From NCBI GenBank assembly GCA_963710605.1, contig CAVQBA010000001.1, forward strand, positions 192,001-256,000: DNA of 64,000 nucleotides, read 5' to 3'. Each line of letters starts with the position of its first letter. Positions within the stretch are counted from its first letter, which is position 1. A model generated the notes under the pieces. It saw nothing but the letters and a program-made list of their open reading frames with translations, searched no databases and had not been told where the DNA came from. A program made the translations under genes and the position numbers. The stretch comes from an uncultured cyanobacterium. GTDB taxonomy: Bacteria > Cyanobacteriota > Cyanobacteriia > Cyanobacteriales > Cyanobacteriaceae. Positions 55,008 through 64,000 of the stretch are shown piece by piece.

Positions 55008-56184
55008 TTAATTACCAATTATCTCTTTTAATCCTTTGACTAAACGATCGATTCCTTCTTTGGCGGTATCAGGATTTAACGCACCATATGCGACTCTTAA
55101 ATAACAACCTTTTTCCATACCAAACGTATTACCCGGTATCACCGCAACCCGATAATCGGTAATCAGTTTTTTAGCTAATTCAAAACTATCGTAATCACCG
55201 TTTACTTTCAAGAAAAAATAAAATGCCCCTTCAGGCACGCCAAAAGTAACTAAATCGCTAATTTTATTTAATTGGCTTTGGAATAATTGACGCAAAGAAT
55301 CGATCGTTTTTAGGTGTTGTTGACAATAACTTTTACCTGCTTCTAACGCCCCTAATGCACCATATTGAGAGATTACGGGCGGACAGATCAAAATGGTATC
55401 TTGAACTTTTTTCACCGACATCAAAAGGTGTTTTGGTATCACCATGTAACCAATCCGCCAACTAGCAAAACCATAAGCTTTAGAAAGACTAAATAAAGAA
55501 ATGGTGTGATTATGACTAGCAACAATTGAGCAAGGAGAAAAATGAGTTGTTTGCCCGTAAGTAAAATATTCGTAGGCTTCATCACTAATATGATAAAGAT
55601 TATGTTCAAGGGCAAGACGATTAATTTCTCTTAATGTCGATTCAGGATAAACTACTCCTGTGGGGTTATTAGGAGAGATAGTAACGATCGCTTTTGTTTT
55701 ACTGGTAATAGCTTGTGCGATCGCATCTGGACGTAATTGATATTGCTCATCTGTGGCTACTAATACAGGATGACAACCCGCCATTTTAATCGCCATTTCG
55801 TGGTTGAAAGTAATAAGGAGTTTGTAATATAATCTCGTCTTCTGGTTGAGTGATGGCTAAAACAGTATTCATAAAAGCCATATTGCTTCCTGCGGTAACT
55901 ACAACACAACTATCGGGGTGGAGTTGATAATTATTATCTTGTTGTAATTTAACTTCAATCGCTTCTAATAAAGGAGTAATACCTTGCACTGATTTGTATT
56001 TATGACTATGCGCTTGTTGCCAAAATTCACTAACTCGATCGAGTGCTTCAGTAGGAGGATTATAATACACTATTCCTTGCCCTAAAGAAATAGTACCGGG
56101 ATTGTTACTAATTAATTCACCAATCACAGGTATCAAGGGTGATTGGATTGTTTGCATACGGTTAGAGTGAAGATTGGTAGTCAT
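55008..56184 (-). CDS. PLP-dependent class I/II aminotransferase, split by a frameshift near 55800
   Basis: ISLGQG, PYYF(NHEMA shifted), SPNNPTG, DEAY, SLSKAYGFASWRIG. Confidence 0.92.
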
Positions 56185-56353
56185 AGAAATTAGTCGGTAA
56201 TTATTAATAATATAACGATCGTATTTTTACTGTTGTTGTCGATCGCTTAGATTCTCTTCTATAATAAAATTTCTTGATGATTTTCATTAATATTTTTCAT
56301 CTTCGATTTTTGCTTTTTAGATTAACAACGATCGCTACTTTTAAATAATTAAT

Positions 56354-56758
56354 ATGCAAAAACTAGTTCAGTATTTATCGTTATCTAAGTTTAACCGCAT
56401 CAAACTATCTAATAGACTAAATTTATTACTTAATAAAATATTACTTTTGATAATTGTTTCAGTCATCTCTTTCACTATTACAACTACACCAATTTGGGCA
56501 AAGACAAAATTAGATAACCTCAATGATACTCAGAATAATTTAGCACAACAGACGAAGACGATCGCTCAAGCAAAAAAAGTTAAAACAAAACAAATTTCAA
56601 CTAACAAACTTAATACCTGCGTCAATTCAGATTGTAATTGTAAAGATTTTAAAACCCAAAAAGAAGCCCAATTAGTTTTTAATGCTTTTAGTAAAGACAT
56701 TTTTCGTTTGGATAGAGATAAAGACGGTATAGCTTGCGAAAGTTTGCCTGCTAATTAA
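56354..56758 (+). CDS. Excalibur-like Ca-binding exported protein
   Basis: TM/signal, then DCNCKDF..Q.EAQ...LDRDKDGIACE. Confidence 0.8.
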   Translation: MQKLVQYLSLSKFNRIKLSNRLNLLLNKILLLIIVSVISFTITTTPIWAKTKLDNLNDTQNNLAQQTKTIAQAKKVKTKQISTNKLNTCVNSDCNCKDFKTQKEAQLVFNAFSKDIFRLDRDKDGIACESLPAN

Positions 56759-57829
56759 CGGGAGTAGTTTGTTTTGATTCTCTAACTGTTTGAAGATCGT
56801 TAATCCATAAATTTAACAAATCGTAACCCAAAGCTAAGACAACAGGGCCAATAAATAAACCAATTATTCCGTGGAGAATAGTACCACCAAAAACACCAAG
56901 GAAGATAACAACCATCGGGATAGATAAACCTCTAGCCATTAGAATAGGTTTGAGAAAGTTATCAATGACAGTCGCACTCATCATCCAGATGCTAAAAATA
57001 ATCGCAACAAGCGTACTAGCATGCAACCAGATAAAGATAATTGAAGGGATAATTACTATAGTAGGACCAATTTGAATAATACTTAAAACCAAACAAGCAA
57101 GAGTGAGCAAACCCGCCGAAGGCATTCCTACTGCGACAAAACCAATACCTGCTATTGCTGTTTGCACGATCGCAATCCCGATAATTCCCCGAATAACATT
57201 ACGTAAAGTAGAAGAAGCTAAATCAACAAATTCTTCGGCTTTATCTGGTGTTAATCTTTTCAAAAAGGTAGTTAATTTTAGATTAAGTCGTCGAGCATTA
57301 ATCATTAAAAAGAGCGAAATAATGATCGAAAGTAAAAATTCGACAAGGGCAAAACTAATATCCGCAGTGATAGGTAACAAATAACTTGCTAGTTGTTTAA
57401 TTTGAGGTTCGAGTTTTACTAGTGCATCTAAGATGTTAACTGAAGCTAATTGCCAAGTATTATCTAATGACTCACCAAAAACAGGTATTCTCTGAATAAT
57501 TTCTGGAGGAGGAGGAAAAACTAATGTACCTGAAAGAAAACTCTCTACTAAGCTGTTGATATTACCAACTAATGTTTGTCCCATGAAAGCGACGGGCCAA
57601 GTATTACAGCTATACCGAATAAACCGATTAATGCACCAGCTAATTTTTTTCTGCCACCTAACAGATTTTTTAGCCATTCAAAAATAGGATAAAAAGCAAC
57701 GGCTAAAATGGTTGCCCATAACAAAAGAATAATAAATGGACGCACTAACATAAAGCACCAAGCTATAATAAAGCCCACGATGACAATTCTAATCAGTAAA
57801 TCGATAACCTTAAAGCTACTTTTATTCAT
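56751..57829 (-). CDS. AI-2E family transporter, split by a frameshift near 57590
   Basis: PF...LLWA.ILAVAFYP; DNFLKPILM, GVFGG...GIIGLFIGP. Confidence 0.9.
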
Positions 57830-57950
57830 AATTTGTTGCTTGGGGCAGTCCGTGGGTAAATTAATCAGTACTTAACAATTAATAACTATTTATACTTTAA
57901 GTTAAATACATCATTATTATTTTTTATTTTTTAGAGACATAAATTAACAA

Positions 57951-58063
57951 TATAGCGTTTCCCTTAATTATGAGGTACGGTCACTGTTTTCAAGTCCCCC
58001 AAGCTTGTTGGTTCGGACCCGTGGGGGCTTTCTTTGTACTTCATAATGGCAATAATTGCTATA
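57951..58063. mobile_element. 113-bp MITE-like element with TATAGC...GCTATA ends and internal GC hairpin
   Basis: TIRs TATAGC..ATTATGAGGTAC / GTACTTCATAAT..GCTATA; internal AAGTCCCCCA/TGGGGGCTT. Confidence 0.72.
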
Positions 58064-58173
58064 TACTAATTAAAAGTTTTGTAGTAATGGTTTTAGCTAT
58101 TGATAGAGTTACTTAAAAGTTACAGTTGTTGTGTCTTATCAACAGAGATACCGAATTATTGTCAATTGTTTCG

Positions 58174-59514
58174 CTAAATTTTTTCTGAGTGGATATAATC
58201 GACAAAATAAAATTTGGGTTCTAGCCATAGTTTTAGCCACGTATAAAAACTTAGCCCCAATAAAGCAGTAATCATAATGGGAATACCCCAAGATTGACGG
58301 TAAATATCAGGCAGAAGAGTGCTTATCGTCAAACAAAGGGTGAAGTAACCTAACAAAATCTTTTGGGTAGTCTGAGTCGATTTAAGGGCATTGCGACAAC
58401 TATGACAATGAATCGTATGTTGCTCGTAACGATCGAGCATTTGTTGGCGATGAGGATTAATTTCTCTAATTGCCGGCTGTGTAATGCCGACTTTCTCCCA
58501 AGGTATTTTAGCGTCGCAATAAGTATCAAACCAGCGACGAAATTCAATAATTAATCGATCGGCACTTGTCGGTAATTTGTACGCTTGTTTCCACGTTTTA
58601 CCTTCTAATTGTTGCTCACGTTGTAAAAATATTTCTTGTTGATGAAGTAATACCATATCGCCATCTAAAACAGCATTCCTAGTTTTGATATGTTCCCACC
58701 AACGAGGAATTACTTTACTTGAATTGGTGGCAAAATTACGAGTAAATTGAGCCACTACCCGACATTTACCCGGGGTAGTAGGAATACAATAAGTAATCAA
58801 TCCTAATTGTTTGCCATCATCGCCAAATTTAATTGCGTATTCTAATCGTGTTGGTGGCTCGAAGGTGATTGTTGTCTTAAATCCACTGTAGGATTGTGCT
58901 TCGATTAAATTGCGATCGGATTTGATTATTTCGATCGGTACGGGTTTGGCACTATTTCTGTTTCCTTGGATACCATGGTGGGCGAAAGGTACATGAGCGG
59001 GATCGGCTACATTTTCGATGAAGGTTTGCCAGTCATAAGCTAAATCTCTGACTAGTGAAGACCACACGAATCCTTTTTTGGCATCAATTTGAGGTGAAAG
59101 AGGTAAAGATGTTTTTTCGGCTAATTCGGGGCTGTTTGCATCTGCCCATACCCATAATAAATCGTTGGCTTGACGGGTAGGAAAAGTAGTTACGGCAAAG
59201 TTTTCTTGATTTTGCTTGACTAAATCTTCATTTTCTGCTTGAGGAACACAAGTACAATTACCTTCTTCGTTAAATTGCCAACCATGATAACTACACGTGA
59301 GGTTACCTGTCTTTTCATCGATACGCCCTTCACTAAGCGGTGCAAGACGATGAGGGCATCTATCTAAAAAAACATGGTAGGTTGAAGAGGTCTTTTTTTT
59401 CCAAATAACGATCGCTTGTCCGAGTAGTGTAAACGGTGTTGGGCGATCGATTTTCAAATCTTCAACAGGAGAAACAGGATACCAGTTTTGCCAAAAATTA
59501 AATTCTGAAGACAT
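58174..59514 (-). CDS. Rieske oxygenase with PaO domain
   Basis: DRCPHRLAPLSEG, CSYHGW, ENVADPAHVPFAHH, HTIHCHSC. Confidence 0.92.
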   Translation of the reverse strand: MSSEFNFWQNWYPVSPVEDLKIDRPTPFTLLGQAIVIWKKKTSSTYHVFLDRCPHRLAPLSEGRIDEKTGNLTCSYHGWQFNEEGNCTCVPQAENEDLVKQNQENFAVTTFPTRQANDLLWVWADANSPELAEKTSLPLSPQIDAKKGFVWSSLVRDLAYDWQTFIENVADPAHVPFAHHGIQGNRNSAKPVPIEIIKSDRNLIEAQSYSGFKTTITFEPPTRLEYAIKFGDDGKQLGLITYCIPTTPGKCRVVAQFTRNFATNSSKVIPRWWEHIKTRNAVLDGDMVLLHQQEIFLQREQQLEGKTWKQAYKLPTSADRLIIEFRRWFDTYCDAKIPWEKVGITQPAIREINPHRQQMLDRYEQHTIHCHSCRNALKSTQTTQKILLGYFTLCLTISTLLPDIYRQSWGIPIMITALLGLSFYTWLKLWLEPKFYFVDYIHSEKI

Positions 59515-59566
59515 TTTTAATAGTTAATTATGGATAATTGCGTGCTTACTAATTATCCATTGTCGT

Positions 59567-60166
59567 TTATATTTCATTAGAAAAATCATTAACACGGGTA
59601 AAATGAAATGGCCCTGCTACTGAACCCCATAATACTTCATCGGTGACAGGATCTCGACCTCGATCGAAACTAATCAGTTTTTCACTATCAATATCAAAAG
59701 TATTATCAAGATAAGACATTTTACCTTTTCTTTCTACCATACAAGCTTTACCCGGTTTGATATAACCATGAAAACGATCGTCTTGTTCTTCTTCTCTTCT
59801 CTCGGCAATCATATCACAACCATTCATTTTTTCTAGATCAGCTAAAGTTAGTTGTTGCAACATTTCAGGTTTTCTAGAAGCACCATAAAACCTAGTTTCT
59901 TCCTTTAGTTTATAATGCTCTAACTCTAATCGATCGTCAACCAAATGAATTTTAAATACCCTCAAACGATAAGGTTGTTGAGGTAAAAAATCATAGGCTT
60001 GCTCTAAAAACAAACTTGTACCATCCAATAAAGTATCAGGTAATGGACGCATACAGACACGAATATGAGCAAAAAATGGTGGATTAGCTAATGCTTGGGC
60101 TTGATTAGAAAAATCTGCCGCCATTAATCTGGCTAAACCTTTTATATCTCTGGTATTACTCGTCAT
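59567..60166 (-). CDS. cpcT: CpcT/CpeT-family bilin lyase
   Basis: FSNQAQA..NPP.FAHI, EQAY..PYR, DRG.DP...WGS. Confidence 0.92.
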   Translation of the reverse strand: MTSNTRDIKGLARLMAADFSNQAQALANPPFFAHIRVCMRPLPDTLLDGTSLFLEQAYDFLPQQPYRLRVFKIHLVDDRLELEHYKLKEETRFYGASRKPEMLQQLTLADLEKMNGCDMIAERREEEQDDRFHGYIKPGKACMVERKGKMSYLDNTFDIDSEKLISFDRGRDPVTDEVLWGSVAGPFHFTRVNDFSNEI

Positions 60167-60202
60167 GACAAATAGTTGATAGTTGATAGTTGATAGTTGA
60201 TA

Positions 60203-60360
60203 GCGGTCAGAACCCGCTCAGGAGCGACAGACGCAAGCGTTCAGACCCTGCGACGACGTTAAGTCGCAAGCGTTCAGAACCCGCTCAGGGGCGACAGACG
60301 CAAGGGAACGCTGAACAAGACACCGAAAGCTGAACAAGACACCGAAAGCTGACCAAGACG
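60203..60360. repeat. Three-level nested small structured repeat inside an ATAGTTG heptamer run
   Basis: Three left arms G(G/T)TCAG-(A)ACCC..CGCAAG followed by three right arms CTGA(A/C)CAAGAC. Confidence 0.85.
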
Positions 60361-60389
60361 TTGATAGTTAAATATTTACTCTTAAAAAC

Positions 60390-61040
60390 CTAATTCTTAA
60401 CTCTGTGTTTAGCTAATTGAGCGCGACTAGTTACCGCAATATCTAAATCACTATTGATTATTTTAGTTAATAGTTCGACTATTCGACTACTCAAGTCTTG
60501 ATGATTAAATTCTTCTAATTTATTGGCTAAATTTTCTAACGCTACTACCACCGCATAACGTACTACCCATTCGCCATCTTGAGCAGTTAAACATAATACC
60601 TCAAAAATTTGTTTTTGAGTCGTAACAACTTGATTTGTCGGTAACTGATGCCATTGCAAATTACCTAATCCTCTAGTTGCCGCCCTTCTGACACTTAAAG
60701 AAAAATCGGTAGTAGCGGCTTTGATAAGTAAATCAATCGCTCTAATATCACCAATTCCAGCAAATACTCTTAATGCCCACGCCCTCGCACCATAGTTATA
60801 ATCATCCAAACTCGCTAATAACGGCTGAATAACTGTTTCTCCTAATTCAATTAAGCCTTCTGTTGCCGCTACTGCCGCACCGGGGTTGTTGTAACCCAAA
60901 ACTTCAATTAAAGTGGGTATCGCTTCAACAGATTTGCTATCGGCTAATTCTTCAACTGTTTCTAATAATTTTGTCGCTGAGTCTGCTTTGTTGACTGCTT
61001 CAATTAGTTGGGTTACTGTTGTGGTTGTATTAGATGCCAT
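60390..61040 (-). CDS. cpcF: HEAT-repeat phycocyanin lyase subunit
   Basis: LGYNNPGAAVAA, YNYGARAWA.R, DFSLSVRRAA, EWVVRYA. Confidence 0.88.
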   Translation of the reverse strand: MASNTTTTVTQLIEAVNKADSATKLLETVEELADSKSVEAIPTLIEVLGYNNPGAAVAATEGLIELGETVIQPLLASLDDYNYGARAWALRVFAGIGDIRAIDLLIKAATTDFSLSVRRAATRGLGNLQWHQLPTNQVVTTQKQIFEVLCLTAQDGEWVVRYAVVVALENLANKLEEFNHQDLSSRIVELLTKIINSDLDIAVTSRAQLAKHRVKN

Positions 61041-61093
61041 GAATAATTAATAATGAATAATTAAAATATTTATTAGGGTGTAACTCTTAACTT

Positions 61094-61381
61094 TTAACTG
61101 TCAAGGAGTTGACTAAACTCGATCGTAGTAAGATTAGCTTGGATATATTTAGGCTCATTTGGATTATAAGGGCTGGCTAAACGATCGATTCTAATAATTT
61201 GTGCTTGTTCAGATAAAATAGGTAAATCAGGATCAAATGCAGTGGCACTAGTTAAACTACTGGAAAATCCTTTAAAAATAATAATTTCGATCGATTCTCC
61301 TCTTTCTTTTGCCTGTACCGCTAAAACTTCTTCTGGGTGTTGTTGGCTATATTTTTCTAACTGCTCGATCGTGATAGTCAT
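61094..61381 (-). CDS. Conserved cyanobacterial hypothetical protein
   Basis: IFKGFSSSL..T.FDPD...IDRL.SPYNP. Confidence 0.75.
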   Translation of the reverse strand: MTITIEQLEKYSQQHPEEVLAVQAKERGESIEIIIFKGFSSSLTSATAFDPDLPILSEQAQIIRIDRLASPYNPNEPKYIQANLTTIEFSQLLDS

Positions 61382-61389
61382 AATTAATT

Positions 61390-61983
61390 TTACTGCTCAA
61401 GGGCAATTCTACCTTGTTTAATTAAACGAAAAGTCAAAAAATACGCCAGATAAATTAAATATATTACCAATCCACTCATACCTAAAAAGCCTAAAAATCC
61501 TGTAGTAGCATTAGAATGAAACCAATCTTTGTATTGCCAAGGAAGCTCTAACCAAGCCCTACAAGCTAACTCATCACTAGCTTTATCAGCAAAAGCACAA
61601 CGGACAAAAGGAATAAAAACGATCGCACCAGCTAAGCCATAAAAAGTAGTCGCCCAACGCCAAACACGAATTGCTAGACGAATCGGTATTTTAGGTAAAT
61701 CACGAATCTCATCATTAATATCAGCCCAAAACCAAAGACTAATAACGACAAAAAGATGAGCCACAAACCAAGCTAAATATCCTATCTGCCATACAGGAAT
61801 AAACAGATAAATGGCAATCATCATCAAACTAGCTACTCGCCAAAAAATCACCATCAAACGCTGAATTGAAGGGATTCCTGACTTCATTGCCCAAACAGAT
61901 AAGATTAAGGGGCAAATCAAGCAAATAAAAACAAATAATTTATAGTTAGTCCAAGCTACGACTCTAAATAAAGCTTCTTCCAT
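61390..61983 (-). CDS. DUF3177-like membrane protein
   Basis: VW.DY-like start, WRVASL..I, SLWFW.D.N.EI. Confidence 0.78.
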   Translation of the reverse strand: MEEALFRVVAWTNYKLFVFICLICPLILSVWAMKSGIPSIQRLMVIFWRVASLMMIAIYLFIPVWQIGYLAWFVAHLFVVISLWFWADINDEIRDLPKIPIRLAIRVWRWATTFYGLAGAIVFIPFVRCAFADKASDELACRAWLELPWQYKDWFHSNATTGFLGFLGMSGLVIYLIYLAYFLTFRLIKQGRIALEQ

Positions 61984-62012
61984 AAAATTTAGACAGTAAT
62001 CATTTTACACAC

Positions 62013-62038
62013 AAAAAGAGGTGGGGAAACCCCACCTT
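62013..62038 (-). terminator. Intrinsic terminator after cp12
   Basis: AGGTGGGG-TTT-CCCCACCT hairpin followed by a T-tract on the minus strand. Confidence 0.7.
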
Positions 62039-62067
62039 ATCATAAAATTCGTCGAAAATAAAAATCT

Positions 62068-62289
62068 CTAGTCTTCATAAACACGACACTCTGCCGCATC
62101 AGGATTATCGTCACAATATTGCTCTAAAGATGTTTTTTTAGTTGCGTTTCCTTTTTGGTGAGAAGCCTCTGCCTGTAACTCTTCAACGGCATCCCATGCG
62201 GCTGCACATTCACCTGAATTGCTGTCAGTGCTACATACTTCTCTTGCTTGTTTTAGTTCTTCTTGAATTTTTTCTTGTATATCGCTCAT
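62068..62289 (-). CDS. cp12: Calvin cycle regulatory protein CP12
   Basis: C...CAAAWDAVEELQAE...YC.DNP.A.ECRVYED. Confidence 0.97.
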   Translation of the reverse strand: MSDIQEKIQEELKQAREVCSTDSNSGECAAAWDAVEELQAEASHQKGNATKKTSLEQYCDDNPDAAECRVYED

Positions 62290-62650
62290 AATGTTTTGAT
62301 TTGTTGTTTTAATCTTTACTTTAGCTTATAACAGAATTTTATTATTTGTTATGGGTAAAAACCCCATTGCTAATATTATTTATTATATTATTAATATTTA
62401 CTGTTGTTTAAATTTTTTTTAGTCTCAACTTCTAAACCTCTAGCTATAAGCAGATTAGGTAATTTAAATATCTTCATAATTATCGTTTTATCTCTGATAT
62501 TTTTACTTTTTTAGGCTTTTGTTTATAAATTTATTTTATCTTTTTGATTAAAAATCGTTAACTCAAATCTGTTTTTCTGATTCGTGCTATTATACTTAAT
62601 CGACTAATATAGATTATACTCTATAAAGTAAACAGTTTTAATAGATATTT

Positions 62651-62989
62651 ATGAATAAAATACTTATATTAGAAGGTTTTATTGTAGCGACTATATTATG
62701 CGGTTTTTTGGGTTTAGTTTACAAACGCAATTTAGTAATGAAGATTATGGCAATGGATGTAATGAGTACTGGTGTCATTGCTTTCTACGTTTTTATCGCT
62801 TCACGCGAAGGATTATTTACGCCTATTTTATCACCTACTTATAAAGGTGACTATGCTGACCCTGTACCACAAGCTGTAATACTAACAGCGATCGTGATTG
62901 GTTTTTCTATCCAAGCGTTGATGTTAGTAGGGGCAATGAAACTCGCTCAAGATAATCCGAGTTTGGAGGTGGAGGAAATAGAGAAATAA
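62651..62989 (+). CDS. mrpC: Mrp Na+/H+ antiporter subunit C
   Basis: DPVPQAVILTAIVIG. Confidence 0.92.
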   Translation: MNKILILEGFIVATILCGFLGLVYKRNLVMKIMAMDVMSTGVIAFYVFIASREGLFTPILSPTYKGDYADPVPQAVILTAIVIGFSIQALMLVGAMKLAQDNPSLEVEEIEK

Positions 62990-63095
62990 TTGAGAGTTGA
63001 GAGTTGAGAGTTGAGAATTAGTTTTGTTACTGTAAAAATGCTGAATATAAGCCTCTTTATTCTCTATTCAAAAATTACTTATTACTTAAATAATT

Positions 63096-64000
63096 ATGAC
63101 AATAAATACTTGGACATTGATTTGGGTAACTTTGCCTTTTATAACTGGTTTTACCATTTATTTGTTCCCTAAAATCGATCGTCACCTAACAATTTTAACT
63201 TTATTTTTAACCACTATTTATCCTTGCTGGTTGTTACTTACAGATACTGTTTTAAATATTACCTTAAAAGATAGTTTTGGCGTAACTTTAATGATTGATA
63301 GTCTTAGTGGCTATTTAATTTTAACTAATTGTTTAGTGACAATAGCAGTTACTTTTTATTGCTGGCAAAAAGAAAAAAAGACTTTTTTCTACACTATTAT
63401 GATCATACTTTATGGTAGTGTCAATATTTGTTTTATCGGTAATGATTTAATCAGCTTTTACGTCGCCTTAGAAGTAATTAGTATCGCTTCTTTTTTACTG
63501 ATGGTTTATCCACGTACTAATTATTCTATCTGGATTGGTTTACGTTATTTGCTTATTAGTAATACAGCTATGTTGTTTTACTTAGTTGGTGTTATCTTAG
63601 AATATCAAGCTCATCATTCTTTTGCTTATGAAGGATTACAAGAATCTCCTCCAGAAGCGATCGCACTTATTGTTTTAGCATTATTAGTCAAAGGTGGTAT
63701 CTTCGTCTCTGGCTTATGGCTACCGCTAACTCATTCTTCTGTTGATACTCCTGTCTCTGCTTTACTTTCTGGTATTGTCATCAAAACAGGTATTTACCCA
63801 TTAATTCGCTTATCTTTATTAATCGACCAAATCGATATGGTAATAGGTATTTTAGCAGTAACTACAGCTATTTTTGGTGTCACTTATGCTATTTTTGAAA
63901 AAGATGTTAAAAGAATGCTTGCTTTTCATACTATCTCTCAATTAGGTTTTATTTTGGCAACACCAACCGCCGCCGGCATTTATGCTTTTAGTCATGGTTT
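63096..64000 (+). CDS. mrpD: Mrp Na+/H+ antiporter subunit D (partial, runs off window end)
   Basis: My translation shows DLISFYVALE, KGG..GLWLPLTH, SALLSG..K, KRMLAFHTISQLG. Confidence 0.88.
   Translation, partial: MTINTWTLIWVTLPFITGFTIYLFPKIDRHLTILTLFLTTIYPCWLLLTDTVLNITLKDSFGVTLMIDSLSGYLILTNCLVTIAVTFYCWQKEKKTFFYTIMIILYGSVNICFIGNDLISFYVALEVISIASFLLMVYPRTNYSIWIGLRYLLISNTAMLFYLVGVILEYQAHHSFAYEGLQESPPEAIALIVLALLVKGGIFVSGLWLPLTHSSVDTPVSALLSGIVIKTGIYPLIRLSLLIDQIDMVIGILAVTTAIFGVTYAIFEKDVKRMLAFHTISQLGFILATPTAAGIYAFSHG

Noticed and set aside
443-58554. Short antisense or overlapping ORFs in the track (e.g. 443-700, 1419-1739, 7520-7798, 9286-9585, 17483-17773, 25064-25414, 39366-39557, 57103-57384, 58350-58554)
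   Set aside because: Shadows of well-supported genes with no motifs of their own
9121-63020. Heptamer tandem runs (TTAAGAG, GTTAATA, AATTCTC, AAAACCT, ATAGTTG, TTGAGAG)
   Set aside because: Ordinary cyanobacterial short tandem repeats; interesting only as targets for the micro-elements

Overview
AT-rich cyanobacterial chromosome segment. It carries gap2, cp12, ndhN, cpcT/cpcF-like lyases, sipA and tic22, plus abundant HIP1-type CGATCG sites and heptamer tandem repeats; a Cyanobacterium/Geminocystis-like origin is my inference. Most of the window is housekeeping (alaS, ftsQ, rsmH, cry-DASH, queC, fusA, tRNA-Ser, argS, tlyA, lepA, mrpC/D). Indels in essential genes (alaS, argS) point to uncorrected sequencing errors, so frameshift-based pseudogene calls are tentative. 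The main accessory feature is a ~14.6 kb block (about 33881-48486) lying between the 5' and 3' remnants of a K+/H+ antiporter (cvrA/nhaP2-like) gene. The block contains a GT2 glycosyltransferase, hicAB and four 5'-truncated Rhs/YD toxin-immunity cassettes from two different Rhs core lineages. One cassette has an FG-GAP insertion, one a Hint domain, and one an LRR immunity gene. Three of the four core/toxin junctions sit on a HIP1 core, and the two lineage-B cassettes each end in the same 57-bp REP-like element. Other notable items are self-nesting small structured repeats with covarying stems, TATAG-ended MITEs, an orphan Cas4-like Fe-S nuclease with an in-frame TGA, a triplicated element upstream of an RluA fused to a deaminase-like domain, and about seven toxin-antitoxin modules or remnants.
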